Assembly: GCA_964438505.1 (NCBI GenBank)
Contig: CAYTKN010000014.1
Span: 5,041 to 69,040, forward strand
Source of the DNA: an uncultured Burkholderiales bacterium
Lineage (GTDB): Bacteria > Actinomycetota > Acidimicrobiia > IMCC26256 > JACPCJ01
Reading direction: 5' to 3'
Length of the DNA: 64,000 bases
The position numbers and the translations under genes are program-made. Below, piece by piece: positions 54,013 through 62,471 of this stretch. Numbering within the stretch: position 1 is the first letter of the stretch; the number at the start of each line of letters is the position of its first letter. The notes under the pieces were generated by a model. The model saw nothing but the letters and a program-made list of their open reading frames with translations. It was not told where the DNA came from and did no database searches.

Positions 54013-54032
54013 TCTTGACCGCCCAGTCAAGA
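54013..54032. promoter_or_regulatory. Candidate TetR operator: TCTTGAC-N6-GTCAAGA perfect inverted repeat
   Basis: Located 21 nt upstream of the TetR-family gene ATG (54053), in the divergent plsC/tetR spacer. Confidence 0.55.
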
Positions 54033-54052
54033 GACTCGTACGCTCGTCGCCG

Positions 54053-54649
54053 ATGAACGCGTCCGCACCGCGGCGGCTCACCCAACGGGGTCAGAAGCGG
54101 CGCGCCCAGCTCATGGACCAGGGTGCACGTCTCTTCGCCGACAAGGGCTACCACCCGACGTCCGTGCAGGAGATCGTCACCACCCTCGGTGTCGGCAAGG
54201 GCGTCTTCTACTGGTACTTCTCCTCCAAGGAGCAGTTCTTCGTCGAGATCCTCCGCGGCGCCCAGACCGACCTCCGCCGCGCCCAGCAGGCGGCGATCGC
54301 GGAGATGGACGACCCCGTGGCGCGCATCGAACTGGGCATCGAGGCGTCGCTGCGCTGGTTCCGGGACCACCGCGAGATGTTCAACCTGTTCCAGTTCGCG
54401 GCCACCCAGGAGCAGTTCTCGCCGATGCTCCGCCAGGGCGAGAACGTCGCCGTCTCCGACGTCACCCGCCACGTCAAGGACGCCATCGTCGCCGGCCGGA
54501 TCCGCGACCGGGACCCCGAGATGCTCGCCCAGGCGATCGTGGGGGTCATGTCGCACTTCACCCGCACCTACCTCTACGAGCGCGACGAGCCCCTCGACCA
54601 GGTCACCGACGCCGCCAAGGGGTTCTGCCTCCACGGCCTGCTGGGCTGA
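54053..54649 (+). CDS. TetR/AcrR family transcriptional regulator
   Basis: N-terminal HTH RAQLMDQGARLFADKGYHPTSVQEIVTTLGVGKGVFYWYFSSKEQ. Confidence 0.88.
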   Translation: MNASAPRRLTQRGQKRRAQLMDQGARLFADKGYHPTSVQEIVTTLGVGKGVFYWYFSSKEQFFVEILRGAQTDLRRAQQAAIAEMDDPVARIELGIEASLRWFRDHREMFNLFQFAATQEQFSPMLRQGENVAVSDVTRHVKDAIVAGRIRDRDPEMLAQAIVGVMSHFTRTYLYERDEPLDQVTDAAKGFCLHGLLG

Positions 54650-54694
54650 CCAGCCGGGCTGACCAGCCGGGCTGACCACCCCCTGGGGGGTGGG

Positions 54695-55885
54695 CTACGC
54701 GAGCTTGGTCAACGCCTTGCGGAGGCCCCGGATCGCCTGGTTGGTCCGCTGCTCGTTCTCCACCAGCGCGAAGCGCACGTGGTCGTCGCTGTCGGGCCCG
54801 AACCCGACCCCGGGCGACACCGCGACCTTCGCCTCCTTCACGAGCATCACGGAGAAGTCGAGGCTGCCCATCTCGCGGTAGGCGTCGGGGATGCGTGCCC
54901 ACACGAACATCGTCCCCTTCGGCTTCTCGACCTCCCACCCGATGCGGCCGAGGCCCTCGCAGAGCGTGTCGCGCCGCCGGAGGTAGATGTCGTTGACCTC
55001 CTTGGGGTACTCGGGCGCCTCGTTCATCGCCACGATCGAGGCGATCTGGATCGGCTGGAAGGTCCCGTAGTCGAGGTACGACTTGAGCTTGGCGAGCGCG
55101 GCGACGACCTCGGGGTTGCCCACCAGGAAGCCCACCCGCCACCCGGGCATCGAGAAGCTCTTGGTGAGCGTGTAGAGCTCGACGGCGACGTCCTTGGCCC
55201 CCTCGACCTGGAGGATGGACGGCGGCACGTGGCCGTCGAACGCCGTCTCCGCGTAGGCGAAGTCGTGGACGACGAGGACCTCGCGCTCGCGGGCGAACGC
55301 GACCAGCTCCTCCATGAACGACAGGTCGACGCACGTGGTGGTCGGGTTGTGCGGGAACGACACGAGGATCACCCGCGGCCGGGGCCACTGGCGCTCCCAC
55401 GACGCCTTGACGTTGTCGAGGAACTCCTCCCCGGTGCCGTCGGAGCCGAGGTCGACCTGCTGCACCTCGGCGCCGGCGAGGAACGGCGCGTAGATGTGGA
55501 TCGGGTACGACGGGGAGGGCACCATCGCCGAGTCGCCGGGCTGGACGAGCACCCACATCAGGTGCGACAGGCCCTCCTTGGCGCCGATCGTGGTGATGGC
55601 CTCGGTCTCGGGGTCGAGCTCCACGCCGAAGCGCCGGATGTAGAGGTCGGTGATCGCCTTGCGCAGGTTCGGGATCCCGCGGCTGGCCGAGTAGCGGTGG
55701 TTCCGCGCGTTGTGGGCCGCCTCGCAGAGCTTCTCGACCGCCACGTCGGGCGAGGGGATGTCGGGGTTGCCGAACCCGAGGTCGATGACGTCCTCTCCGG
55801 CCCGTCTCGCCTCGAGCTTGAGCTGGTTGATGGTGGAGAAGACGTAGGGAGGGAGGCCCTGGATGCGACGGAACTCGTAGGGCAT
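54695..55885 (-). CDS. PLP-dependent class I aminotransferase (alanine/aspartate aminotransferase-like)
   Basis: GFGNPD, Y..S.G and PLP-lysine region [15 protein letters not shown]. Confidence 0.9.
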   Translation of the reverse strand: MPYEFRRIQGLPPYVFSTINQLKLEARRAGEDVIDLGFGNPDIPSPDVAVEKLCEAAHNARNHRYSASRGIPNLRKAITDLYIRRFGVELDPETEAITTIGAKEGLSHLMWVLVQPGDSAMVPSPSYPIHIYAPFLAGAEVQQVDLGSDGTGEEFLDNVKASWERQWPRPRVILVSFPHNPTTTCVDLSFMEELVAFAREREVLVVHDFAYAETAFDGHVPPSILQVEGAKDVAVELYTLTKSFSMPGWRVGFLVGNPEVVAALAKLKSYLDYGTFQPIQIASIVAMNEAPEYPKEVNDIYLRRRDTLCEGLGRIGWEVEKPKGTMFVWARIPDAYREMGSLDFSVMLVKEAKVAVSPGVGFGPDSDDHVRFALVENEQRTNQAIRGLRKALTKLA

Positions 55886-55944
55886 GCGCGCACGGTACCA
55901 GAGGCCGGATCGGCGCCGAGGCGCGCTCCGGTACCCTCGTTCCG

Positions 55945-56730
55945 GTGTCAGTCTCGTCAGTCTCGTCAGTCTCGTCAGTCTCGTCAGTCTCCTCGTCGTT
56001 CGACGCCGTCTTCATCGACGTGGGAGGGGTGCTGCTGCTCCCCCGCCACGAGCTGGTCTCCGCGGCCCTCGAGCGGGCAGGCCACGACGTCGGAGACGAC
56101 CTCGACGCGGACCTGCTCGACCGCGCCCACTACCACGGCGCCGCCGCCCTCGCGCAGTGGCCGGTGGCCCGGCGGGGCACCCACCGCGACGCGGCGATCT
56201 ACGAGGTCTTCAACGCCGCGTACACGAGGGCGGTGGGCGTGCACGACCACCTGCTCGACGACGCCAGAGCCGCGCTCGGCACCGCCTTCGGCCACCCCGA
56301 CATGTGGACGCGGCCCGCGCTCGGCGCGGCCGAGGGCCTCGCCCGCCTCGGCGCGACCGGCGCGAGGCTCGCCATCGTCTCCAACGCTGACGGCCAGATC
56401 GAGAGGATCCTCTCCGAGCTCGGGATCTGCCAGGTCGGCGAGGGCCCCGGCACCCCCGTCGACGCGATCCTCGACTCGCACGTCGTCGGCGTCGCCAAGC
56501 CCGACCCGCGCATCTTCGAGATCGCCCTCGAGGAGCTCGGCGTGGAGCCCGAGCGCGCCGCCCACGTCGGGGACATCGTGGGCGCCGACGTGGAGGGCGC
56601 GCGGGCGGCGGGCGTCCACCCGCTCCACTACGACCCCTACCGGCTCTGCGACCTCGACGACCACGACCACGTGGCCTCGCTCGACGAGGTGGCCGAGCTC
56701 GTCACAGCAGCGGCCGGATCACCTCGCTGA
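55945..56730 (+). CDS. HAD-superfamily hydrolase with (SVS)n N-terminal repeat
   Basis: Motif I FIDVGGVL, motif II IVSNA, motif [22 protein letters not shown] start at 55945. Confidence 0.8.
   Translation: MSVSSVSSVSSVSSVSSSFDAVFIDVGGVLLLPRHELVSAALERAGHDVGDDLDADLLDRAHYHGAAALAQWPVARRGTHRDAAIYEVFNAAYTRAVGVHDHLLDDARAALGTAFGHPDMWTRPALGAAEGLARLGATGARLAIVSNADGQIERILSELGICQVGEGPGTPVDAILDSHVVGVAKPDPRIFEIALEELGVEPERAAHVGDIVGADVEGARAAGVHPLHYDPYRLCDLDDHDHVASLDEVAELVTAAAGSPR
55947..55991. repeat. 9-bp tandem repeat x5 (GTCAGTCTC) directly after the HAD start codon
   Basis: Read directly. It also lies 60-105 nt upstream of the divergent aminotransferase gene. Confidence 0.9.
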
Positions 56731-57520
56731 CGATCGCCGCGTTCTCCTCGCGGCCGGGAGCGACCGGCGCCAGCACCAGCCAGCGAGCCCCGGCGTCGAC
56801 GATGCGCCGCAGCGTCGCGGCCATCGACTCGAACGGCCCCGCCAGCACGTCGGGACGCCGGCGCGCCTCGTCCCAGCGGTCCTCGCGCAGCTCCACGAGG
56901 CCGGCCCAGGTGGGCACCACCTCGCCCTCGCGCCGATCCGCCGCCGCGCACGCCGCCCGGAGGCGCTGCACCTCGCGGGCGAACGCGTCGGGCGAGAGCC
57001 CCCACCCGTTCCACCCGTCGGCCAACCCGGCGACCGTGGCGAGGATCGGCTCGGAGCGGCCCCCGACCCACACCGGGTACCCCCGACCGTGGAGCGTCTC
57101 GATCGTCCGCTCGAGCGCGCCGACCCGCAGCGCCATGCCGCCGGTGGGCAACCCGAACATCTCCTGCTCGGGGTCCGAGAGCCGGTCCCCGCTGCCGACG
57201 CCGGCGATCACCCGGCCGGGCGCGAGGCGCTCGAGGGAGTCGAAGCTCGCCGCGAGCGTCGCGGCGTGGCGGACACCCGCGCGGGCGACCAGCGACCCGA
57301 GGGCGATCCGCTCCGTCTCCACCGCCAGCGCGCCGAGCACCGGCTCGAGCGCCAGCGACGGCCCGCCGGCGTCGGAGCCGATGCGGTAGAGGTGGTCGAA
57401 GGTGAACACGCCGTCGACACCGGAGCGCTCCGCGGCCCGCGCCACGGCCACGAGCACCTCGGGGTCCTCGACGAAGGTCGGCAGCGTCAACCCGAGACGA
57501 ACCGGTGCGCGCTCGGTCAC
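56702..57520 (-). CDS. Luciferase-like monooxygenase (LLM) class oxidoreductase, possibly F420-dependent
   Basis: TIM-barrel LLM pattern (RLGLTLPTF...FDHLY...GVGSGD). The GTG start overlaps the ROK kinase stop. Confidence 0.75.
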   Translation of the reverse strand: MTERAPVRLGLTLPTFVEDPEVLVAVARAAERSGVDGVFTFDHLYRIGSDAGGPSLALEPVLGALAVETERIALGSLVARAGVRHAATLAASFDSLERLAPGRVIAGVGSGDRLSDPEQEMFGLPTGGMALRVGALERTIETLHGRGYPVWVGGRSEPILATVAGLADGWNGWGLSPDAFAREVQRLRAACAAADRREGEVVPTWAGLVELREDRWDEARRRPDVLAGPFESMAATLRRIVDAGARWLVLAPVAPGREENAAIVSEVIRPLL

Positions 57521-58461
57521 GGCTGCCCGCCCCCGGCCAGCTCGCGCGCCAGGGCCGCCGCGCCGATCGCGCCCGCCCGCTCGCCGAGCGCGGCGGCGAC
57601 GATCGGCACCTCCGGGCGGTCGCCCGGCGCCTCGATGCGGCCCCGGAACTCGTCGCGCACCGGGTCGAGCAGCACGTCGCCGAGCCGCACCAGGCCCCCG
57701 CCCACGACGACCAGCTCCGGGTCGAGGACGTTGACGAGTCCGGCGAGGCCGACGGCGACCCACCGGGCCAGCTCCGCGACGATCCGGGCCGCCTCGGGGT
57801 CGCCGGCCCGGGCGGCGTCACCGACGAGCACGCCGGTGACCGCGCCGGCGTCGCCACCCGCGCGCTCCACGACCTCGCGTGCCCGACCCGCGGCCGCCGC
57901 CTCGCGCCCGAGGCGCCCCAGCGCCTGCCCCGAGGCCATCGCCTCCCAGTGGCCGCGCTCGCCGCACGGGCACCGCGGCCCGTCGTCCGCGACCTGGAAG
58001 TGGCCGATCTCCGCGGCGAAGCCGTGGGCGCCGCGCAGCAGCCGGCCACCGCTGACGATCCCCCCGCCGACACCGGTCCCGAGGGTCACGACGAGCACGT
58101 GCTCGTGGCCGCGGGCCGCGCCGTGGCGCACCTCCCCCCAGGCCGCGGCGTTCGCGTCGTTGTCGACGAGCGCCGGGGCTCCGAGCGCGCGCCCGAGGCG
58201 CTCGGCGAGCGGGAGGCCCTGGAGCGCGGCGACGTTGGGGGCCCCCAACGTGACGCCTCCCGGACCGACCATGGCGGCAGCGCCGACACCGACCGGGAGG
58301 CCCTCACCGAGGCGCCTCGCGAGGCCCGCGAGCGCGTCGACGAGCCCGTCGGCCGTCGTCGGAGTCTCGACGCGGTGCTCCTCCACGATCGTCCCGCGGT
58401 CGTCGACCCGCGCCCCGAAGATCTTCGTGCCCCCCAGGTCGAGGCCGACGGTGTCCGACAC
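57517..58461 (-). CDS. glk: ROK-family glucokinase
   Basis: LDLGGTK, TLGTGVGGGIV and the ROK zinc motif CPCGERGHWEA. Confidence 0.88.
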   Translation of the reverse strand: MSDTVGLDLGGTKIFGARVDDRGTIVEEHRVETPTTADGLVDALAGLARRLGEGLPVGVGAAAMVGPGGVTLGAPNVAALQGLPLAERLGRALGAPALVDNDANAAAWGEVRHGAARGHEHVLVVTLGTGVGGGIVSGGRLLRGAHGFAAEIGHFQVADDGPRCPCGERGHWEAMASGQALGRLGREAAAAGRAREVVERAGGDAGAVTGVLVGDAARAGDPEAARIVAELARWVAVGLAGLVNVLDPELVVVGGGLVRLGDVLLDPVRDEFRGRIEAPGDRPEVPIVAAALGERAGAIGAAALARELAGGGQP

Positions 58462-58474
58462 GCGCGGTCCGCCC

Positions 58475-59590
58475 TCAGAAGCGCAGCAGGGCGCCGACAC
58501 GGCCGAGGACGTCGAGGTCGGCGTTCTCGCAGATCTCGACGCGGGAGCCGCCGGCGAGGGCGACGTCGATGGCCTCGCCCACGACGTCGTCGACCCGCTC
58601 CATCTCCCCCTGGCACATCGGGCACTCCTTGCCCCGCACAGCGAGGAAGTCGCAGCGGGTGCAGTGCCAGCCCTGCTCCTCGTAGCCGTGCGACACCACC
58701 AGCAGGTCGACGCGGCGCTCGTAGATCGCCCGCAGCGTGTCGTGGAGACCCGCGACCCCACGCTGCTCGGCGCCGACCGCCTCCTTGAGCGCCTCGACCA
58801 CCTCGGCCTCGTGGCGGCGCTCGACCTCGAGCTCGACCTCGAGGGCGGCCTGCTTGATCTCGGACTCGGAGGCCTGGAGCGACACCGACACCCGGTCGAC
58901 GACCCGCTCGCGCACGTAGCTGTGCAGCAGGTCCTCGAACTCGGAGCGCGCCTCGTCGGGCCCGCCGAGGATGACGCGGTCGGCGTGGGAGCGCTCGAGC
59001 TCGTGGAAGGTGACCTCGGCCGCGTGGCGGAGGTGCCGCCGCGCCAGCTCGTCGGTGTGGCGCTGCACGTGGGAGGCCGCCCGTCCACCCTCGTCGGTGG
59101 CGTCGACGCGGGCCGGCACCGGATCGAACACCTCGCTGCGCTCGACCAGCTCGCCCAGCTCGAAGTGGAACAGCCGCGCCCGCTGCCGGTCGACGAGGAC
59201 CACCATGAACCGCTGGAACTCGTCGAGGACGAACTCGAGCTGGCGCAACGCCGGAGCCTGGTTGAGGACGACCTGGTTGCGCACCGGCCTGGGGACCTCC
59301 ACCACCTCGAAGAGGTCGCCGCAGACGAAGAACGCGAGGCCCCGCACCCGGGAGCGGTCGAAGCCCCGGAAGATCCACGAGCGGACCTTCTCGAGGTCCT
59401 CGTCGATCCGGGAGCGCTCGATCCCCCGCTCCTCGGCGAGGCGGACCGCACGGCGCACCAGGTCGTCGAGGTGCGGGTCGACGTCTGCGAGCTTCGGGAA
59501 GCGGCTGCCGTCGACATCGAGGTACAGGCTGATCACCGCCGGGTCGCCTCGGAACGACGCCAGCTCCCGCAGGTGCTCCTCGGTGATCAT
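58475..59590 (-). CDS. eRF1/Pelota-like protein (bacterial archaeo-eukaryotic release-factor-type, baeRF-like)
   Basis: Three-part layout that I read as eRF1-like. The central region has DEGGRAASHVQRH where a GGQ loop would sit. The C-terminal domain (GLHDTLRAIYERRVDLLVV) has an inserted CxxC..CxxC zinc ribbon (WHCTRCD...ECPMCQ). Assignment is by eye only. Confidence 0.65.
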   Translation of the reverse strand: MITEEHLRELASFRGDPAVISLYLDVDGSRFPKLADVDPHLDDLVRRAVRLAEERGIERSRIDEDLEKVRSWIFRGFDRSRVRGLAFFVCGDLFEVVEVPRPVRNQVVLNQAPALRQLEFVLDEFQRFMVVLVDRQRARLFHFELGELVERSEVFDPVPARVDATDEGGRAASHVQRHTDELARRHLRHAAEVTFHELERSHADRVILGGPDEARSEFEDLLHSYVRERVVDRVSVSLQASESEIKQAALEVELEVERRHEAEVVEALKEAVGAEQRGVAGLHDTLRAIYERRVDLLVVSHGYEEQGWHCTRCDFLAVRGKECPMCQGEMERVDDVVGEAIDVALAGGSRVEICENADLDVLGRVGALLRF

Positions 59591-59603
59591 TCGGCGTCGT
59601 CGA

Positions 59604-59858
59604 TCATCGGGGGTCGTCCTCCACTCGGATCCGCTGGACCCGCGACGCTCCGGACCCGGGCCGGGACTCGGGCCGGCGCTGCTGCTCGATCACGTGCTCG
59701 GCGACCTCGATCATCGACTTCGCCGCGGCCACCAGCTCGGCGGCGGCGCCGACGAGGTGGTCGAAGGTCTCCGGGCTCGTGCTCCTGGCGGTCAGGAAGA
59801 ACCCACCGATCGGGCACGCGTAGCACTCGTCGTGGTGTCGGTGATCGTCGTCGCTCAT
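59604..59858 (-). CDS. Small Cys/His-motif protein (possibly DUF5304-type)
   Basis: 84 aa with N-terminus HRHHDECYACPIGGFF followed by a helical region. It sits where actinobacterial ArsA-like loci carry a small conserved protein (from memory). Confidence 0.55.
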   Translation of the reverse strand: MSDDDHRHHDECYACPIGGFFLTARSTSPETFDHLVGAAAELVAAAKSMIEVAEHVIEQQRRPESRPGSGASRVQRIRVEDDPR

Positions 59859-59913
59859 GGCGTCTCCCGAGCAGGCATGTCGGTGCTCGCAGGCATCTCA
59901 TGCCTCGACACGG

Positions 59914-61080
59914 TCATCCTTCGACGAAGGCGACCTCGAGGCGCTCACCGACGATACGAGCACCGTCCACCTCACGTCGACGCAGGCTGTCGGGGAGCAG
60001 CACCGACCGCCGGTAGGGGCCCAGCGCCACGAGCAGCTCGCCGTCGGCGCGGGCGAGGTCGAGGTCGGCGCCCTCCGCGAACGGCAACGGCAACGAGAGC
60101 ACGAGGCACCCGTCGCGCGCCTCGACCCGGAAGCTCTCGCCCTCGTGGAACCGCCCGTCGGCCTCCGCGTCGCCGTACACGCCGGCGGCCAACTCGGCGA
60201 GGCGCTCGGCGCCGACGGGCTCGTCGGGCGCGAGCGGGGCCTGGAGCACGGGCACCGGGGAGAAGGCGTCCTCGATCTCGGCGAGCTGCTCCTTCTGGAT
60301 CCGCCGCCACGACGCGAACCACGGGTCGGTGACCGCGTCGGGCAGCAGCCGGTTCGCGATGACCGCGTCCACGTGGTACCCGAAGAGGGCGAGGTAGGTG
60401 AAGGTGCGCCGCGCCTCGGCCACCACCATCCGCTCCGGGTTGACGACGAGCCGGGCGCTTGTGACCTCGGGGTCGGCGAGCAGGTCGCGGACGCCGTCGA
60501 GGCGCCGGTAGAAGCGCTCGGCGGCGGAGAACACGCCGTCGCCCGCGATCGGGACGTCGGTCATCCGCCGCAGCACCGGCGCCGCAGCCCGGGTGAGCGC
60601 CCGCTGGGCGGGGAACACCCGCTCCATGTACCGGGCCATCACGTCGGGCAGCGAGAGCAGCCGGATGGTCTCGGCGGTCGGCGCGCAGTCGACCACGAGG
60701 AGGTCCCACTCCCCCGAGTCGGCCCACGCCTTGATGTCGGAGAGGGCGAACACCTCGTCGAGGCCGGGCACGACGGCGAGCTCCTCGGCCTCGAGGCTGT
60801 CCGCGCCCGCCCAGTCGAGGACGTGCACGAGGTAGTCGCGGATGCCGCTCCACGCCTCCTCGAGCCGGCCGCGGGCGTCGAGCTGCTGGGCCGCGAGGCG
60901 CGGCGCCAGCTCGACCGGCTCGTCACCGAGGCCGGTGCCGAAGGCGTCCGCGAGGGAGTGCGCCGGGTCGGTCGAGAGCACGAGCGTCCGGCGCCCGGCC
61001 CGGGCCGCCTGCACGGCGGTGGCGGCGGCGACCGTCGTCTTCCCGACGCCGCCTTTCCCGGTGAACAGCAGGATCCGCAC
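59914..61080 (-). CDS. ArsA/Get3-family P-loop ATPase with C-terminal HSP20/CS-like domain
   Basis: Deviant Walker A FTGKGGVGKTT and STDPAHSL signature. The C-terminal ~85 aa is beta-rich (FRVEARDGCLVLSLPLP...LEVAF). GTG start at 61080. Confidence 0.9.
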   Translation of the reverse strand: MRILLFTGKGGVGKTTVAAATAVQAARAGRRTLVLSTDPAHSLADAFGTGLGDEPVELAPRLAAQQLDARGRLEEAWSGIRDYLVHVLDWAGADSLEAEELAVVPGLDEVFALSDIKAWADSGEWDLLVVDCAPTAETIRLLSLPDVMARYMERVFPAQRALTRAAAPVLRRMTDVPIAGDGVFSAAERFYRRLDGVRDLLADPEVTSARLVVNPERMVVAEARRTFTYLALFGYHVDAVIANRLLPDAVTDPWFASWRRIQKEQLAEIEDAFSPVPVLQAPLAPDEPVGAERLAELAAGVYGDAEADGRFHEGESFRVEARDGCLVLSLPLPFAEGADLDLARADGELLVALGPYRRSVLLPDSLRRREVDGARIVGERLEVAFVEG

Positions 61081-61091
61081 GGCGGGGCAGG

Positions 61092-61526
61092 CTATCCCTC
61101 GACGACCTTCTTGAGTTCCTTGAGGGCGTTGTTGACGATCCGCCCCTCGGCCCGGCGCTTCACGAGGCCCGGGAGCGGCAGCGCGAGGTCGACGGCGAGC
61201 TCGTAGGTGACCCGCGTGCCTCCGTCCTCCTCGTCGAACCGGTAGGTGCCGTCCAGGCGCTTGACGAGATCGCCCTCCACCAGCGACCACGACAGGGCAC
61301 CGGGCGCGTCGGCGTAGTCGTACGCGAGGGTGTAGGTGACGCTGCGGCCCATGGCGGCGGCGCGGTAGCGGACCTGGTCGGGGCGTCCCTCGTCGTCGCG
61401 CTCGACGACGGTGACGTCCTTGATGTCCTTGGCCCACTCCGGGTACCGCTCGAAGTCCGCCGCCACCTCGTAGCAGCGCTGCGGGCCGGCGTCGATGTGG
61501 ATGCGTTCGGTCGTCTGCTCGGCCAC
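61092..61526 (-). CDS. SRPBCC (START/polyketide cyclase-dehydrase fold) family protein
   Basis: 144 aa with CYEVAADFERYPEWAKDIKDV..., the typical SRPBCC pattern. GTG start at 61526. Confidence 0.85.
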   Translation of the reverse strand: MAEQTTERIHIDAGPQRCYEVAADFERYPEWAKDIKDVTVVERDDEGRPDQVRYRAAAMGRSVTYTLAYDYADAPGALSWSLVEGDLVKRLDGTYRFDEEDGGTRVTYELAVDLALPLPGLVKRRAEGRIVNNALKELKKVVEG

Positions 61527-61567
61527 GGGCGCGCAGCGTAACCGCTCGATCCGCTCCGTGTGCCGGT

Positions 61568-61801
61568 TCAGCTCTCCCCGAGCGGCGTCCGGCGTTGGAC
61601 GACGTGCCAGAAGTAGCCGATGAGGACGGCGTTGCCGACCAGCAGCCAGGCGGTGGCGACCGCCGCCCACAGCCAGCGGATCCAGGAGCGGCGGTCGTCC
61701 CCGCCGCCGGCGAACTGGTCCGGGCGTCGCTGGTAGCAGTCGAGGAGGGCGACGAGGGCGGGGAACTCGAGCGCCAGGGCGACCAGCACCAGGTCGCTCA
61801 C
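61568..61801 (-). CDS. Small membrane protein, PLD-nuclease N-terminal (PLDc_N)-type
   Basis: 77 aa with ALLDCYQRRPDQF...W..W..LVGNAVLIGYF pattern. The GTG start overlaps the upstream stop. Confidence 0.7.
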   Translation of the reverse strand: MSDLVLVALALEFPALVALLDCYQRRPDQFAGGGDDRRSWIRWLWAAVATAWLLVGNAVLIGYFWHVVQRRTPLGES

Positions 61802-62361
61802 CGCCGCCGCTCCGGGAACTCCCCGTACCGGGCGCCCCACAAGCCGGCGAGCGCCAGGGGCAGCACGGGCTCCAGCACCCCGAAGGGGGCGTCCACGGCG
61901 GTGGCGCCGGCCACGACGAGGGCGACGGCGAACGAGCCGAGGAGATGCACCTGCACCGGCCTCGGCGCGGTGCCCTGAAGGAAGAACAGGCCGACGAGTT
62001 CGATCTCGTCGTAGCGGCTGCGGCCGACCGCCCGGGCGAAGGCCAACGCCCACACGATCACGCCGGCGACGAAGCAGGCGAGGGCGACCGCGGCGGCGGG
62101 GGTCTCGAGCGCGTCCACCCCGGCGCGGTCGGCCACCGCGGTGGCGGCGAAGAGCCCGGTGGTGGCCCACGAGGTCCACAGCACCCGCGCCCCCGGCAGC
62201 TCGCCGGCCCGCTGCGACCGGTGCCCGCTGCCGGACGTGCCGCCGGGCTCGTCGCCGGGCTCGTTGCCGGGGGTGCTCTCAGGCGTGCCGTTGGGTGTGC
62301 TGTGAGGCGCGCCGTTGGGTGTACTGCCGGGCTCGGGAGGAGGCTGGCGGGGGTCGCTCAC
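61798..62361 (-). CDS. Hypothetical integral membrane protein with Pro/Gly/Thr-rich N-terminus
   Basis: 187 aa with 4 predicted hydrophobic helices. No family recognised. Confidence 0.6.
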   Translation of the reverse strand: MSDPRQPPPEPGSTPNGAPHSTPNGTPESTPGNEPGDEPGGTSGSGHRSQRAGELPGARVLWTSWATTGLFAATAVADRAGVDALETPAAAVALACFVAGVIVWALAFARAVGRSRYDEIELVGLFFLQGTAPRPVQVHLLGSFAVALVVAGATAVDAPFGVLEPVLPLALAGLWGARYGEFPERRR

Positions 62362-62437
62362 GCCCGCAGGCTACCCAGCGACGGCCTGCGACCCCGTGCC
62401 ACCGGGCGACTCGACCGGGCAACGCGACCCGGCTTCT

Positions 62438-62471
62438 CGACACTGCTACTCGACACTGCTACTCGACGCTG
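62438..62471. repeat. 13-bp tandem repeat x2.6 (CGACACTGCTACT) spanning the stop codon of CDS 62459..63784
   Basis: Read directly. Confidence 0.85.

Noticed and set aside
54779-60016. 1745-aa plus-strand ORF spanning five or more genes.
   Set aside because: It runs antisense or out of frame across clearly recognisable genes (aminotransferase, HAD, LLM, ROK kinase, eRF1-like). Its sequence is low-complexity Arg/Pro/Ala/Gly/Ser. It is an artefact of GC3 bias.
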